Shown piece by piece: positions 23,186 through 33,800 of a stretch of DNA of 64,000 nt (the first letter of the stretch is position 1; each line of letters begins with the position of its first letter). The notes under the pieces are model-generated. The model was not told where the DNA came from. It searched no databases and worked only from the letters and a program-made list of their open reading frames with translations. This DNA comes from Camelus dromedarius (taxonomy: Eukaryota), in NCBI RefSeq assembly GCF_036321535.1, contig NC_087451.1, positions 47,306,001 through 47,370,000 of the forward strand. Reading direction: 5' to 3'. A program made the translations under genes and the position numbers.

Positions 23186-24309
23186 GTGAGTACCCACCTG
23201 ATACCCCTTCCCAGAGGCTGCTGGATGCCATGTGGGTGCCCGACCCCCAGAGCCCCCACCCCTCCCCTCTCCAGGCTTTAGGGGCCTGGGACCCCACCTC
23301 CAGCCCCCTTAAGGGGCTGGAAGCTTAAGCATATCACAGCCCAGCCTTTACTCCCTAGAGCTGGGCCCTAAAGCAGGTAAGAAATGTTGGCTCAGCATGT
23401 GGCTGACACAGCCTAACCCCCATGGCTGTGAAGTAGACAGGGCCTGAGTACAAGGAACAACCCCCTTATGAGCAGTGGATTCCTGGGTTCTGTTCCCAGT
23501 GACAGTGATCCCAGTGTAAAATCTTCAGACAAACCTTTGCTTTTCAGTAAGAAGGTTCTCGGCCCCAGAGAGTTGACTAACTTTGGGACTCTGGCCAGGC
23601 CTCTGTGATGTACTCAGAAATTGGGCAGGGGCTTGGAGACAGAGCATGGGCTCAATTGAGGTGTTTCTGCCTTTTATCTGGGAGTCCCCCGGGTGCCCAG
23701 GCTGTGGGGGATGCTCACCCAGCTCACACGATGGATGCTGGCTCCACCTGGTGGCTGCCTGTGACAGCCAAGCTGTGCCTGCTGGCCTGGATCTGGAGAG
23801 AGGAGGCTCGCTCCTTCTCCAAAGGCCAGTGTGGACAAGTGGGGATGGTCAGGCCTGGGCACCTCGGTCCCTGAAACCCTAGACCTTCTCTGCTCTGAGA
23901 CTCTAAGACTGCCTCTTGCTTCTCTAGTCTTATTCTTCCTGGTGTGTGTCCAGGGGTGTGTGTGTGGTAAACACATACAGGCATGTTCTCAATGAAATGT
24001 TAACCAGGCATCTCCCCAGTGCCAGCTGTTCCTGGCACTGGGACACAGAGGGAACTCACTCGTGACTTTTGCCCTTAAGGAGGTCACAGTCTAGAGGGGG
24101 AGGCACCCTAGTCCACTGTAGTCCAGTGTGGGCAATGCAGCCAGATGTCAGAAATGCTGCACCAGGAACTGGAGGCAGGGCGTGTTCCTGGAGCATCTGA
24201 GAGGCAGGGAATCCCAGGAGCAAGACTGGAGGTGAGACAGTGGCCAATCCTGAGGGCCCCAACAGGAGCTGTGACCATCCTGAGAGCAGAGATGTTCCAA
24301 GCATAAGTG

Positions 24310-24470
24310 GAGTCAGTTCTGCCACTTACTGGCTGTGTAACTTCAGGCAGGCTCCTTATCCTGAGCCTTAGTCACCTCTCCTGGAAATGAGGGCAACTGT
24401 ACCTGTCTTTCCACGCTGTTGAGAGGATTTTAAAAGATAATGCATGCAAAGTATGTAGCATATCTTTATT
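24310..24470 (+). mobile_element. MIR
   Basis: ttctgccacttactggctgtgtaacttcaggcagg..ctgagcct..ggaaatgaggg..ctgttgagaggatt. Confidence 0.75.
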
Positions 24471-25160
24471 GAAGTGTGATTGAAGTAATGCCATACATAA
24501 CCTGTTATTGAAGAGTTTTTAAGGCCAGGAGTATTGTAGCCAGATGTGTCAAAAATATCACCCTGGTTTCCGGGTAGAAAAAGGATCATAGGGGCAACGC
24601 TGGAAGTGGGAAGATGGATGAAGAAACTGTTGCAAAAGCCCAGGCAGGAGGAAATGATGGCAGAACCTGGGAAAAGCTTTGCTTAGGCTTGAGGGTGAGG
24701 GAGGTTGCAGGTGTCTCCCAGGAGCTGACCCTGGTCCTGGGTGAGTGGGTCACTGAGAGAAGGGGCAAGCTGGCCAAGGAGCAGGTTGTGGGGAAGACAA
24801 GTTTGGTTTTGTACACCTTGGGTCTGGCGTGTGCACGGAGATGGGTCTGAGCTNNNNNNNNNNNNNNNNNNNNNNNNNNNNNNNNNNNNNNNNNNNNNNN
24901 NNNNNNNNNNNNNNNNNNNNNNNNNNNNNNNNNNNNNNNNNNNNNNNNNNNNNNNNNNNNNNNNNNNNNNNNNNNNNNNNNNNNNNNNNNNNNCTCTGGA
25001 GGTTGGGTGGGGCAGGGAGGCACCTGGTTTGCGGCATCTGGGGTGTCGTCTCCCTGGGATCCCTGCATGTTTGGGAGGTCACAACAGGGTTTGAGAGCCT
25101 GGCTGCCTCTCACGTCTGGCCTCTCCCCTCTACCCTATTCCCATTCTCCTCCTTCCACAG

Positions 25161-25209
25161 CCTGGACCTGTCAGAGTTGGCCAAAGCTGCCAAGAAGAAG
25201 CTGCAGGCG
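25161..25209 (+). CDS. GIT1: GIT1 coding exon 8 (short-isoform numbering; start of SHD)
   Basis: (S)LDLSELAKAAKKKLQA; long pyrimidine tract, CAG/GTGAG. Confidence 0.96.
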
Positions 25210-25598
25210 GTGAGTCTGCTCAGTTAGACCCCTGATGCTTGGAGCTGCCCCCATCTCTGACCCCCCGACCCCTGGGATTGCACCCCCTTCCTCTGACTTC
25301 CTGCCCTTTTCCAAGTCTTTGACCTGCCCCTTACTTTAGGCTCCCCAGTCATGTGTCCTTCACTTCCCCACCCTTTGTCTTTGATGCTAGCTATGGTCTC
25401 CCTCTGTCCTCTCCCTCCTTGGAGCTTGGCAGACAGACCCCTAACCCAGTTTCCAGTTCTGAGACTGGGGGGAGGGCTGGGCGACACAAAGGACACACAA
25501 GTTGTTTCCCACCCTTTGTGACATCCCAGTGAGCTGGCCTGGTCGGCATTGGGGGCCAGTTGATGAGACAAAGCCTGGATCCCCTTTTCTGCCTCCAG

Positions 25599-25671
25599 CT
25601 CAGCAACCGGCTTTTTGAGGAACTTGCCATGGATGTGTATGACGAGGTGGATCGAAGAGAAAATGATGCTG
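25599..25671 (+). CDS. GIT1: GIT1 coding exon 9 (Spa2 homology domain)
   Basis: LSNRLFEELAMDVYDEVDRRENDA. Confidence 0.97.
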
Positions 25672-26246
25672 GTGAGCCAGGAGGGCATCCAAGCCTTGGG
25701 TGGATGGGACAGAGCACCTGCCTGCAGGGGAGGGTCTGGGACCTGGTGTGGCTCTTGGGTCCTTTTACCAGGACAAAGGGGTGCCTGGGATTGGTCTGCT
25801 CAGCAGGCTTGCACATAAGCCCCTGCCGGCTGGCTGTGAGCCCAGCGGGGCAGTGTGTGCTGAGCTGGAGGCAGCCAGCCTGCTCCTCTCCCCACCCTCT
25901 GGACTGGGGCTCCTCTCTGCCCTGGCTGCCTCCCTCCCACTTTGGCTCTCTCTCCAGTCCTGCTCCGCCCCCTGTGTCCCTCCTTCCTGGCCACAGCCAG
26001 ATTCCAGCCCAAGCTCCTGGCTGGAGGGAGTCGCCTTGTTCTGTTTGTCAGTCCCCAGCGGGCCTCACCCAGCCTTGCCCTGACCCAGCCTTGCTTCCTG
26101 TGTCTGAAGACCACCCCTGTTCTGATCACCAGTGCGGACTTGGTGGGCGTGGGGAGGAGCTAGGAAGGCTGTGCTCCACACTTGCCCACCTCCGCCCCAT
26201 GGGCCTGGCCACTGTGGGTGATCTGCTCCCTGCCCCTCCCCCACAG

Positions 26247-26344
26247 TGTGGCTGGCGACCCAAAACCACAGCACCCTGGTGACGGAGCGCAGTGCTGTGC
26301 CCTTCCTGCCTGTTAACCCTGAATACTCAGCCACACGGAATCAG
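26247..26344 (+). CDS. GIT1: GIT1 coding exon 10
   Basis: (V)WLATQNHSTLVTERSAVPFLPVNPEYSATRNQ. Confidence 0.97.
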
Positions 26345-26769
26345 GTGAGGAGACTGGACTGGATGGGTGGCCTGGGAGATCTCCTCCCCTCCTGGGGTCA
26401 CCAGCTCAGGGGGCCCTGCCCTTCCCGTCCTAGCTGGCTATTATCTGGGCCAGCATGGCCTGCTTTTCCCCATTCCTGGCCAAGGCCTCTCTCCGGCCCA
26501 CTGGCTCTGGGCTTCGTGAATGGGGAAGAGGCTGTTCTTCTGAGCACTTGGTGAGCAGCCTCTGAGAGGTGCTCCAGCCTCTTCCTGAGAGCTCCCCTAG
26601 GCACCCCAAATCTTTGTCATCCTTTACCCTTTGGCCTGGTGAGCTGGGCTGGGCTGCTCTAACTGTGGTTAAGTCAGCTTTTAGAGGGCGGCGTTGCTGC
26701 TTTGTCTCCACCCCTGTGTGTCAGCCATAAGGGTCCCCTCACGCCAGCCTGGCCCTGTCTGTCTCCCAG

Positions 26770-26881
26770 GGGCGACAGAAGTTGGCCCGCTTTAATGCCC
26801 GAGAGTTTGCCACCTTGATCATCGACATTCTCAGCGAGGCCAAGCGAAGACAGCAGGGCAAGAGCCTGAGCAGCCCCACAG
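26770..26881 (+). CDS. GIT1: GIT1 coding exon 11
   Basis: GRQKLARFNAREFATLIIDILSEAKRRQQGKSLSSPT. Confidence 0.97.
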
Positions 26882-27001
26882 GTGGGAGGGGAGGGGATGG
26901 GGGTGCAGGCGGTGGGTGCTGTTCCAGGATATTGTCTTTCATGGCTCCCTTCCGGGGGTAGCTGTATGGCTGAGCCCTGAGAGACAGGCCTGTGCCCTCA
27001 G

Positions 27002-27135
27002 ACAACCTCGAGCTGTCTGCACGGAGCCAGAGTGACCTGGACGACCAGCACGACTACGACAGTGTGGCCTCGGACGAGGACACTGACCAGGAGCCCCTGC
27101 GCAGCGCCGGTGCCACCCGGAACAACCGTGCTCGG
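27002..27135 (+). CDS. GIT1: GIT1 coding exon 12
   Basis: (D)NLELSARSQSDLDDQHDYDSVASDEDTDQEPLRSAGATRNNRAR; weak donor CGG|GTCTGA. Confidence 0.94.
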
Positions 27136-27298
27136 GTCTGAGCCCTGCCCCTCCCTGGCCTCTATCAAGGCCCTGCTCTATCCTCTTGTACCCTGGGGCC
27201 TCAGGGACAAAGGGGCTGGTCACAGCCTCTAGAATGGCCTTTAAAAGGCGTTCATCCCCAGCCCCTGAGGGCTGATGGGCTCATGCCTCCCTCTACAG

Positions 27299-27451
27299 AG
27301 CATGGACTCCTCAGACCTGTCCGACGGGGCCGTGACGCTGCAGGAGTACCTAGAGCTGAAGAAGGCCCTGGCAACCTCCGAGGCAAAGGTGCAGCAGCTC
27401 ATGAAGGTCAACAGCAGCTTGAGTGATGAGCTCCGGAGGCTGCAGAGGGAG
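27299..27451 (+). CDS. GIT1: GIT1 coding exon 13 (coiled coil)
   Basis: SMDSSDLSDGAVTLQEYLELKKALATSEAKVQQLMKVNSSLSDELRRLQRE. Confidence 0.97.
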
Positions 27452-27586
27452 GTGAGGGCTGCAGCCTGGGTGGGGGTGGGGGTGGGGACCTCCCAGTGCC
27501 CCACGCTGGGGAGGCACACCCCTTCCTAGAGGTGGTGGTGCTATTTGGACTCTCCGAAGTTTCTGACTCCACTCTGCACCTCTCAG

Positions 27587-27817
27587 ATCCACAAACTGCA
27601 GGCAGAGAACTTGCAGATCCGCCAGCCACCAGGGCCAGTGCCCACACCCCCACTCCCCAGCGAACGGGCAGAGCACACACCCATGGGGCCTGGCGGGAGC
27701 ACCCACCGCAGGGACCGCCAGGCCTTCTCCATGTATGAACCGGGCTCTGCCCTGAAGCCTTTTGGGGGCCCACCTGGGGATGAGCTCGCCACCCGGCTCC
27801 AGCCTTTCCACAGCACC
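27587..27817 (+). CDS. GIT1: GIT1 coding exon 14
   Basis: IHKLQAENLQIRQPPGPVP...LQPFHST; 231 nt. Confidence 0.97.
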
Positions 27818-27909
27818 GTGAGCTGCCTACTGGTCTTGGGGGGGGTGAGGGGACGGCATTGGGACCACCACAGGGCCCTCCATGATGCCCCCTGTGCTGC
27901 CCTCCCCAG

Positions 27910-27963
27910 GAGCTGGAGGATGATGCCATCTATTCAGTGCACGTCCCTGCTGGCCTTTACCGG
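27910..27963 (+). CDS. GIT1: GIT1 coding exon 15
   Basis: ELEDDAIYSVHVPAGLYR; CAG/GTAAG. Confidence 0.96.
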
Positions 27964-28151
27964 GTAAGCAGGGCCTGGGGAAGGTGGGTCCATTCCTACA
28001 AATAGGTTCTGATCCCCAGTGGGTGCCAGGCCCTGTGATGGACAGTGGGCGCAGGGATGGCTAGACACACATGGTCCCAGCCTCACCACAGGGAAGCCAG
28101 AAGGTGGGTGGTGGGAGGAGGAGACTGACTCCAGCCCTGCCTGGGTTTCAG

Positions 28152-28238
28152 ATCCGGAAGGGGGTGTCGGCCTCAGCTGTGCCCTTCACTCCCTCCTCCC
28201 CACTGCTGTCATGCTCCCAGGAAGGAAGCCGCCACACG
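28152..28238 (+). CDS. GIT1: GIT1 coding exon 16
   Basis: IRKGVSASAVPFTPSSPLLSCSQEGSRHT. Confidence 0.96.
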
Positions 28239-28366
28239 GTAAAGTTGAGCCCTGGGGATGAAGGGCTGGACTGAACTGAGACGTGTGCTTGGGAAGGTGA
28301 TGGGGGGGGGGCTTTGTGGGTCCATGAATGTGCACTCACCTTCCTCCTGCTCCCTGCACCCTCTAG

Positions 28367-28440
28367 AGCAAGCTTTCCCGCCACGGCAGCGGCGCTGACA
28401 GTGACTACGAAAACACGCAAAGTGGGGACCCGCTGCTGGG
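28367..28440 (+). CDS. GIT1: GIT1 coding exon 17
   Basis: SKLSRHGSGADSDYENTQSGDPLL. Confidence 0.96.
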
Positions 28441-28527
28441 GTGAGGCACCCAGGGGAAGGGGGCTGAGCAGCCCCAGAGTGTCTTTAAGGTTGTAGGCAA
28501 GGGCCTGATGGCTCTCTCTAACCCTAG

Positions 28528-28710
28528 CCTGGAAGGGAAGAGGTTTCTAGAGCTGGGCAAGGAGGAGGACTTCCACCCAGAATTGGAAAACCTGGATGGA
28601 GACCTTGACCCAGGGCTTCCCAGCACAGAGGATGTCATCCTGAAGACCGAGCAGGTCACCAAGAACATTCAGGAGTTACTGCGGGCTGCCCAGGAATTCA
28701 AGCATGACAG
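28528..28710 (+). CDS. GIT1: GIT1 coding exon 18 (paxillin-binding domain start)
   Basis: (G)LEGKRFLELGKEEDFHPELENLDGDLDPGLPSTEDVILKTEQVTKNIQELLRAAQEFKHD. Confidence 0.97.
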
Positions 28711-28844
28711 GTATGGCGGAGGGCATAGGCTCATATGGGCTTCTGGGGTGTCGCAGAGGGTGAGAAAGGGACCAGTGTGCCATTCTCCCTGGGAACCTTC
28801 CTTGAGAGCCCACTTCCTAATTTGCCGTCCTCTCCCCTCCACAG

Positions 28845-28908
28845 CTTTGTGCCCTGTTCAGAGAAGATCCACCTGGCTGTGACTGAGATGGCCTCTCTCT
28901 TCCCAAAG
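28845..28908 (+). CDS. GIT1: GIT1 coding exon 19
   Basis: (S)FVPCSEKIHLAVTEMASLFPK. Confidence 0.97.
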
Positions 28909-29070
28909 GTATAGGGGCCAGAGATGGGATCAGGACTGGGGGATGGGTGCCTGGGGTGGGCAGGGGTGGAGAATCTGACTGCTACCTGGGTGGAGACGTG
29001 GACCCACTGGGCCATGATCATGGCTCGTGGTTTTAAGTCCAAGGCCCAGCTCCCTCTGCCCTTCCCCCAG

Positions 29071-29283
29071 AGGCCAGCCCTGGAGCCCGTGCGNNNNNNN
29101 NNNNNNNNNNNNNNNNNNNNNNNNNNNNNNNNNNNNNNNNNNNNNNNNNNNNNNNNNNNNNNNNNNNNNNNNNNNNNNNNNNNNNNNNNNNNNNNNNNNN
29201 NNNNNNNNNNNNNNNNNNNNNNNNNNNNNNNNNNNNNNNNNNNNNNNNNNNNNNNNNNNNNNNNNNNNNNNNNNNNNNNNNNN
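29071..29283 (+). CDS. GIT1: GIT1 last coding exon (only RPALEPVR visible; remainder and stop under N block 29094-29297)
   Basis: Acceptor cttcccccag; end coordinate inferred from the recalled mammalian C-terminus, which would give a 761-aa protein. Confidence 0.75.
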
Positions 29284-29297
29284 NNNNNNNNNNNNNN

Positions 29298-30475
29298 CCC
29301 TCACCCGCACCCTGGGACCTCACTGGCCATGGGAGCTGGGCCACTCCAGACACTAATCCCCACCCCAACAGAGCCGCTGGCACAAGTGCCCTTAGTGCTG
29401 CCACTCTCCCCTGGCAGCCAGGCGCCCTGGTGCCCGTCCCCCTTGAGCCCCCAAGGATGGGGAGGTGGGGTGGCAGAAGTTTCTGTCCCCCACATTCCAT
29501 GCACCTCCCCCTGTACATAGCATCCCCTCCCCTTCTAGTGTGCAGGGGCATGCAAGGCATCACTCCCAGCCCCTTGCCCTCCAGGGCACCCTCAGCAAAG
29601 GGTCGGGTGGGGACACTCCAAGTGGGGTAGTTCCCCTACATGCACCCCACCCCCATGAGCCAGTCCAGCCCTACTGGGGGCTTGAGCGGGGGCATCCCCC
29701 CCTGTACATAATACCTGTGGATGTCCCCACCCTGTAGCCACCAGCCCCCTGCTGCTCTCCTTTAATGCCAAACGGCCCCAGCCTAGGGCACAGGCCCCAA
29801 CCTGTGTTCCAGGGGCCCCCAGCAGCAAACACTGGAAAATCTTTTTTTTTTTTCTCTCCTCTCTTCCACCCCTTAATTTTAACGTTGTGGTAACTGAGTG
29901 TCCCTGCGTGCCTGCGTGTGAGTGTGCGGGGCGGCAGTGCCGTTCCGGAGGCCTGGCCCATCTGGAGTTGTGTGAGGGGTGAGGGGACCAGAGCAGCGGG
30001 ACCAGTGTTGGGGGTCAGCCCCCCTCCCCCATCCTGCCAGGGTAACCAGGATCCTGCCTGCTGCCTCCCCTCATCGCTCCCCCCCACTCATACCCTTTCT
30101 CTATGAACTTAAAAGCGAAAACCACTTCGCACCATCTCTCTGCCCCTCCCTTGTGGAGGGGGAATGTGCTGGCTGGGGCAGGGAACTGAGCACCGGAGCC
30201 TGGGGCTGGCTCCCCGGGGTCCCCGAGTCACTGAGAGCCCCTTCCCTGTAACCGCTGAGAGGCCAGCAGCACCTGCGGTATCTGGGTCTCTGGAGCCTGG
30301 TCTGCATGCAGCCTGGGAAGGCTGAGAGGCAGACGGCAGCACCAACCAGCTCCTCTCCCCATCCCACCTCTGTCCCAGGGGCCAGGCTCTACCTGTGTGG
30401 TGGTGGGTGGGCTGACTGTCAAGATGTGTGTCATGTACATTTGTATCAAAAATAAATAAGTGACCATGTGTCGTC
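29298..30475 (+). other. GIT1: GIT1 3'UTR
   Basis: Follows the last coding exon, ends near the AATAAA at 30451; end approximate. Confidence 0.75.
30451..30456 (+). terminator. GIT1 polyadenylation signal AATAAA
   Basis: Canonical hexamer with upstream TGTA motifs and downstream GT-rich tgtgtcgtctct. Confidence 0.8.
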
Positions 30476-30907
30476 TCTGATGCTTAGGGAACTTTGGTGG
30501 GGGCCAGGGAGGGGGGATGCCAGACCTGAAAGGGAGAAAGACCAACCTGGCAAAAGTATGAAGCAAGTGAAGACCACGACTGCTCCAGTCCCTGTCCTTG
30601 CGGGAAGGGAAGCCCCTGTGTTGTCTTTTAGAGAAGGAGTCCTGGAAATAACAATGTTTCAGTAACTACCACCACCATTCCCCTACCAGGAGCAACCCAT
30701 GGTGGTGGGAGGCGGGGTCTACCATGCTCCTAAAACCCAGCCTCTCAGGCCAGGTTGGCAACAGGAGGCAAGTCAATGGGTGCCCAACTTGATTTTATAA
30801 ACCCCCTACCTCAGACACAACCTAAATGGCATAGGACAGTGTCCCAGGTGGGAGCCAGTGTGTCTGTGGCAGATGCCCAAGCTCAACTCCAGGATCTACT
30901 AAAATAA

Positions 30908-30913
30908 TTTAAT
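30908..30913 (-). terminator. TP53I13 candidate polyadenylation signal ATTAAA
   Basis: TTTAAT on +, about 230 nt past the stop codon, in a local AT-rich patch. Confidence 0.6.
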
Positions 30914-31042
30914 AAGAAAAACATGGGAGTCTTGACAATGGAGGCTAAAACAGCTCCTTTTTCTCCCCACCCCACCCCCATTTTGGCTAACCACACACCA
31001 AGGACGAGCCCCTTTGCAGCGCTTAGGCAGGACTGCTCCATC

Positions 31043-31060
31043 TGGCCACCAGGGGGCGGC
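31043..31060 (+). promoter_or_regulatory. CTCF motif, near consensus
   Basis: TGGCCACCAGGGGGCGGC versus consensus TGGCCACCAGGGGGCGC. Confidence 0.75.
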
Positions 31061-31144
31061 CCTGCGCGCGGTCCACGTGGCAGAGGTCGCGGCCTCGGGC
31101 GGGAGGAGGAGCCCGGCCTGCCACAGTGGCAGGCCTGGAGCAGG

Positions 31145-31257
31145 TCACTCGGAGCTGTCCCCATCCGGGCCGCTGTCCGGTGTGGGCGGTAGGAGGGGTC
31201 TCCTGCGTGAGCGTTTGACCCGGCGAGGGGGCAACAGCAGCCTCCGCTTCAGTACGG
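31145..31257 (-). CDS. TP53I13: TP53I13 coding exon 7 (last)
   Basis: (A)[36 protein letters not shown]; TGA at 31147-31145. Confidence 0.94.
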
Positions 31258-31341
31258 CTACAGACAGGGTGGGGAGCGATCAGGGGCAGGGAAGCCATGG
31301 TGGGGGTGGGCCTGGGTGGATGAGGAGGGGGCACTTCTCAC

Positions 31342-31897
31342 CAGCCACTGTGTCCCGGCTGTCCACTGTGGGCTCCCAGTAGATGCTCTCCCCACGTCGG
31401 AAGTTTCGGTGCAGCCGTGTGCAGAGCGTGGCCAGGGTGAGCAGCACCAACAGGAAGGTCAGGGCCATGGCAGCCCAGGCAGCCTCCTCTGTGCGGGGGG
31501 TGGGGCCCCGGGCTGCCCGCGGAGGCGCTGCTGCCCGAGGGGCTGCAGAAGCCTGATTTGGACAGGCACAGCCCCCTGGGCTGCTTTGCCCTTTGGGCAC
31601 CTGAGCCTCTATCCTGGCGCTGGCATTGCCTCCAGGCTCTCCAGGCAGCAAGGGGACTGTGGGCACAGATGGGGCATTTCCCTCTTCACTTTGGGGTCCT
31701 AACATGGGCTGTTTGGCCTCCAAGCTCCATGGGGAAACAGAGGGGAACCTCAGCGCTGAGGGGGTGGGCTGGAGACCCAGGGCAGCCCGAAGCCCACGCC
31801 TCTTGGCACCACTGGGAATGAAGTGCCTAGGGCCTCTTGATACCACCTCTGTGCCTGGGGGCCGCCAGCTTCGCAGAGCAAAGGCCAAAGCCGGGGC
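31342..31897 (-). CDS. TP53I13: TP53I13 coding exon 6 (includes transmembrane helix)
   Basis: [15 protein letters not shown]...[36 protein letters not shown]...DTVA; TAG/GTGAG. Confidence 0.94.
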
Positions 31898-31987
31898 CTA
31901 CGAGGAGAAGAGACAGCAGTCACCCTTTCTCTGCCCAGATAACCCAATGACCCCATCACTTACCAAGCCTGGGCCAGCACCCCTCAC

Positions 31988-32185
31988 CTGCACACACCCT
32001 CTCCAGCACAGCCTCCCTCTGCCCGGCAGTGACACCAAGGAACAGGGCCCAGAAAAACTGTCAGAGCGAAACCATGCCTTCTTCCTCTGCTTCCTCTGCC
32101 GCCTTCTCTTCAGCCAGTGGGCAGCCCAGGCTGGCTCCACCCATGCCATCTCCAGCACCACCCCCCATGCTGCCAGCACCAGGGG
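31988..32185 (-). CDS. TP53I13: TP53I13 coding exon 5
   Basis: [38 protein letters not shown]...CWRGCVQ; 198 nt. Confidence 0.93.
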
Positions 32186-32322
32186 CTAGGAAAGGAGATA
32201 ACTGTTAGTGCTAAGATGAAGGTGAGGAACAAGCAAGAGGAAGCCCCTGAATTTCCCTTGCCCTGCACATGGGGCTGCAGCCTCTGCCAGTGCCAGACAA
32301 CCACCTTTCATCAACCACTTAC

Positions 32323-32451
32323 CCGATCCTGAGTGAGGCTGGAGTCAGGCACCAGTGAGGGCTGGGCCACACAAATATGGGCTAGGAGGGCAAGCTGCAA
32401 CTTCAGCCAGGGGTGGACACAAGGGTGGTAGAGGAAGTTGACATCCTCAGC
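32323..32451 (-). CDS. TP53I13: TP53I13 coding exon 4
   Basis: [43 protein letters not shown]; CAG/GTAAG. Confidence 0.94.
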
Positions 32452-32929
32452 CTGGAGGAAAGGAGTGTAAGTATTAAGCCAGGGTCCCTCGCTGAGAATC
32501 CCAAGTTCTCTCATCCTGGAGAGCCAGCTTAAAGGGCTCCCAGGATGGGCAGATGCTCCTTCCATCTTCAGAGCTCAGGAAAGGATAAAGGGATACTGGT
32601 GTGCACTCCCTCTTGCCTCCAAGTGTTCCTTTCATCCCTCCTCTCCAGCAATGCTCACAACTTTCATGACAGCAGGCGTGGTTAACCCTGTCAGACTCAG
32701 ATGACATTCTTTAGCTTTATTCCTCTGGACCTGCCACAATGGCTCTACAGGTCCCCACTCTAGAGGGTAAGCACCCCTCAACTAGAGACCAGGTCTTCTG
32801 TGTATTGACCTTATCTACATATTTAATCTCCCAAAGCATCCAAATACAGGGAACATAGGCAGCAGGAGCACAATCTCAGCATGGAAACACTTCATCAATT
32901 ATTAATTATTCTTTGATTGAGCTGACCTG

Positions 32930-33500
32930 ACACAGCTCTAGTGCCAGGTGCTGGAGGAGATGCCAAAAGAGAACACCTGGACTCCGCTTGCAGGGAATGT
33001 AAAGGAAACTCAGGGAAACAGAATTAATGCAAATGAAAGCGCAAACTAACAAAATTCAAAGTGATTAGTTGTTAAAGTATAAAAGGTAATTATAAACATT
33101 ACACAAATTCGGAGAAGGTGACAGATGAGGGCTGATATGATTAGGAAAAGTCTCAAAGGAGAGCTGACTCCTGCACTGGGCTTTGAAGATGGAAGGGGAT
33201 GGATGGCAGGAGGGCCCAGAGCTGCCTCCTTCAAGTCAGGACAGGCCAGGGGTGGAGAATAAGCGGGAACAGTGGTACAGCCATGGGAATAAGCCTAGCA
33301 CTCATATGTGTGGTGAGCAGACCAATATGATTGGAGAGGAACCGAAGATTTGGAGAGGTTGGACAAGGTTTACTTAACTAGGTAGAGCCTGAAAAACCAG
33401 ACAGGGAAGTATGGCCATGATAAAGTGGAAAATAAGGAGCCACTGGTTTCTGAACAGTGGAATGAAAGGGCTGCTTGGGGAAAGGAATCAGGTAGGTTCC
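32930..33500 (-). mobile_element. Degenerate LINE-2 fragment
   Basis: tgccaggtgctgg..., ctgggctttgaagatggaagg..., ggagccactgg; approximate. Confidence 0.5.
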
Positions 33501-33714
33501 ATGAGCTCTTTTGGCTTGGAGCTATTACAAGGAGCAAAAAAAGTTAGATATTTTAAAAGGAAAACCCTACGGACGGAGAAGCTATCTGACCACTGGCAAT
33601 GAAAACAGGCAGCCACACAAGGTGAACCCGCAGTTTGGTTGGTAACCTGAGGTACCTACACTCCTTACAGCTTCCTATTTTCCTAAGTGCTGTCCCACAG
33701 TATTTGTTTACTCC

Positions 33715-33800
33715 TAATGGGGACAGACATTACTAATAACCTCCCTTACACAAAACTGGGCTCCAGAGAAGTCAGGAGACTTCCAAAGTCACACAGCAGA
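33715..33800 (-). mobile_element. MIR fragment
   Basis: aaaactgggctccagagaagtcagg.gactt.ccaaagtcacacagc. Confidence 0.6.
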
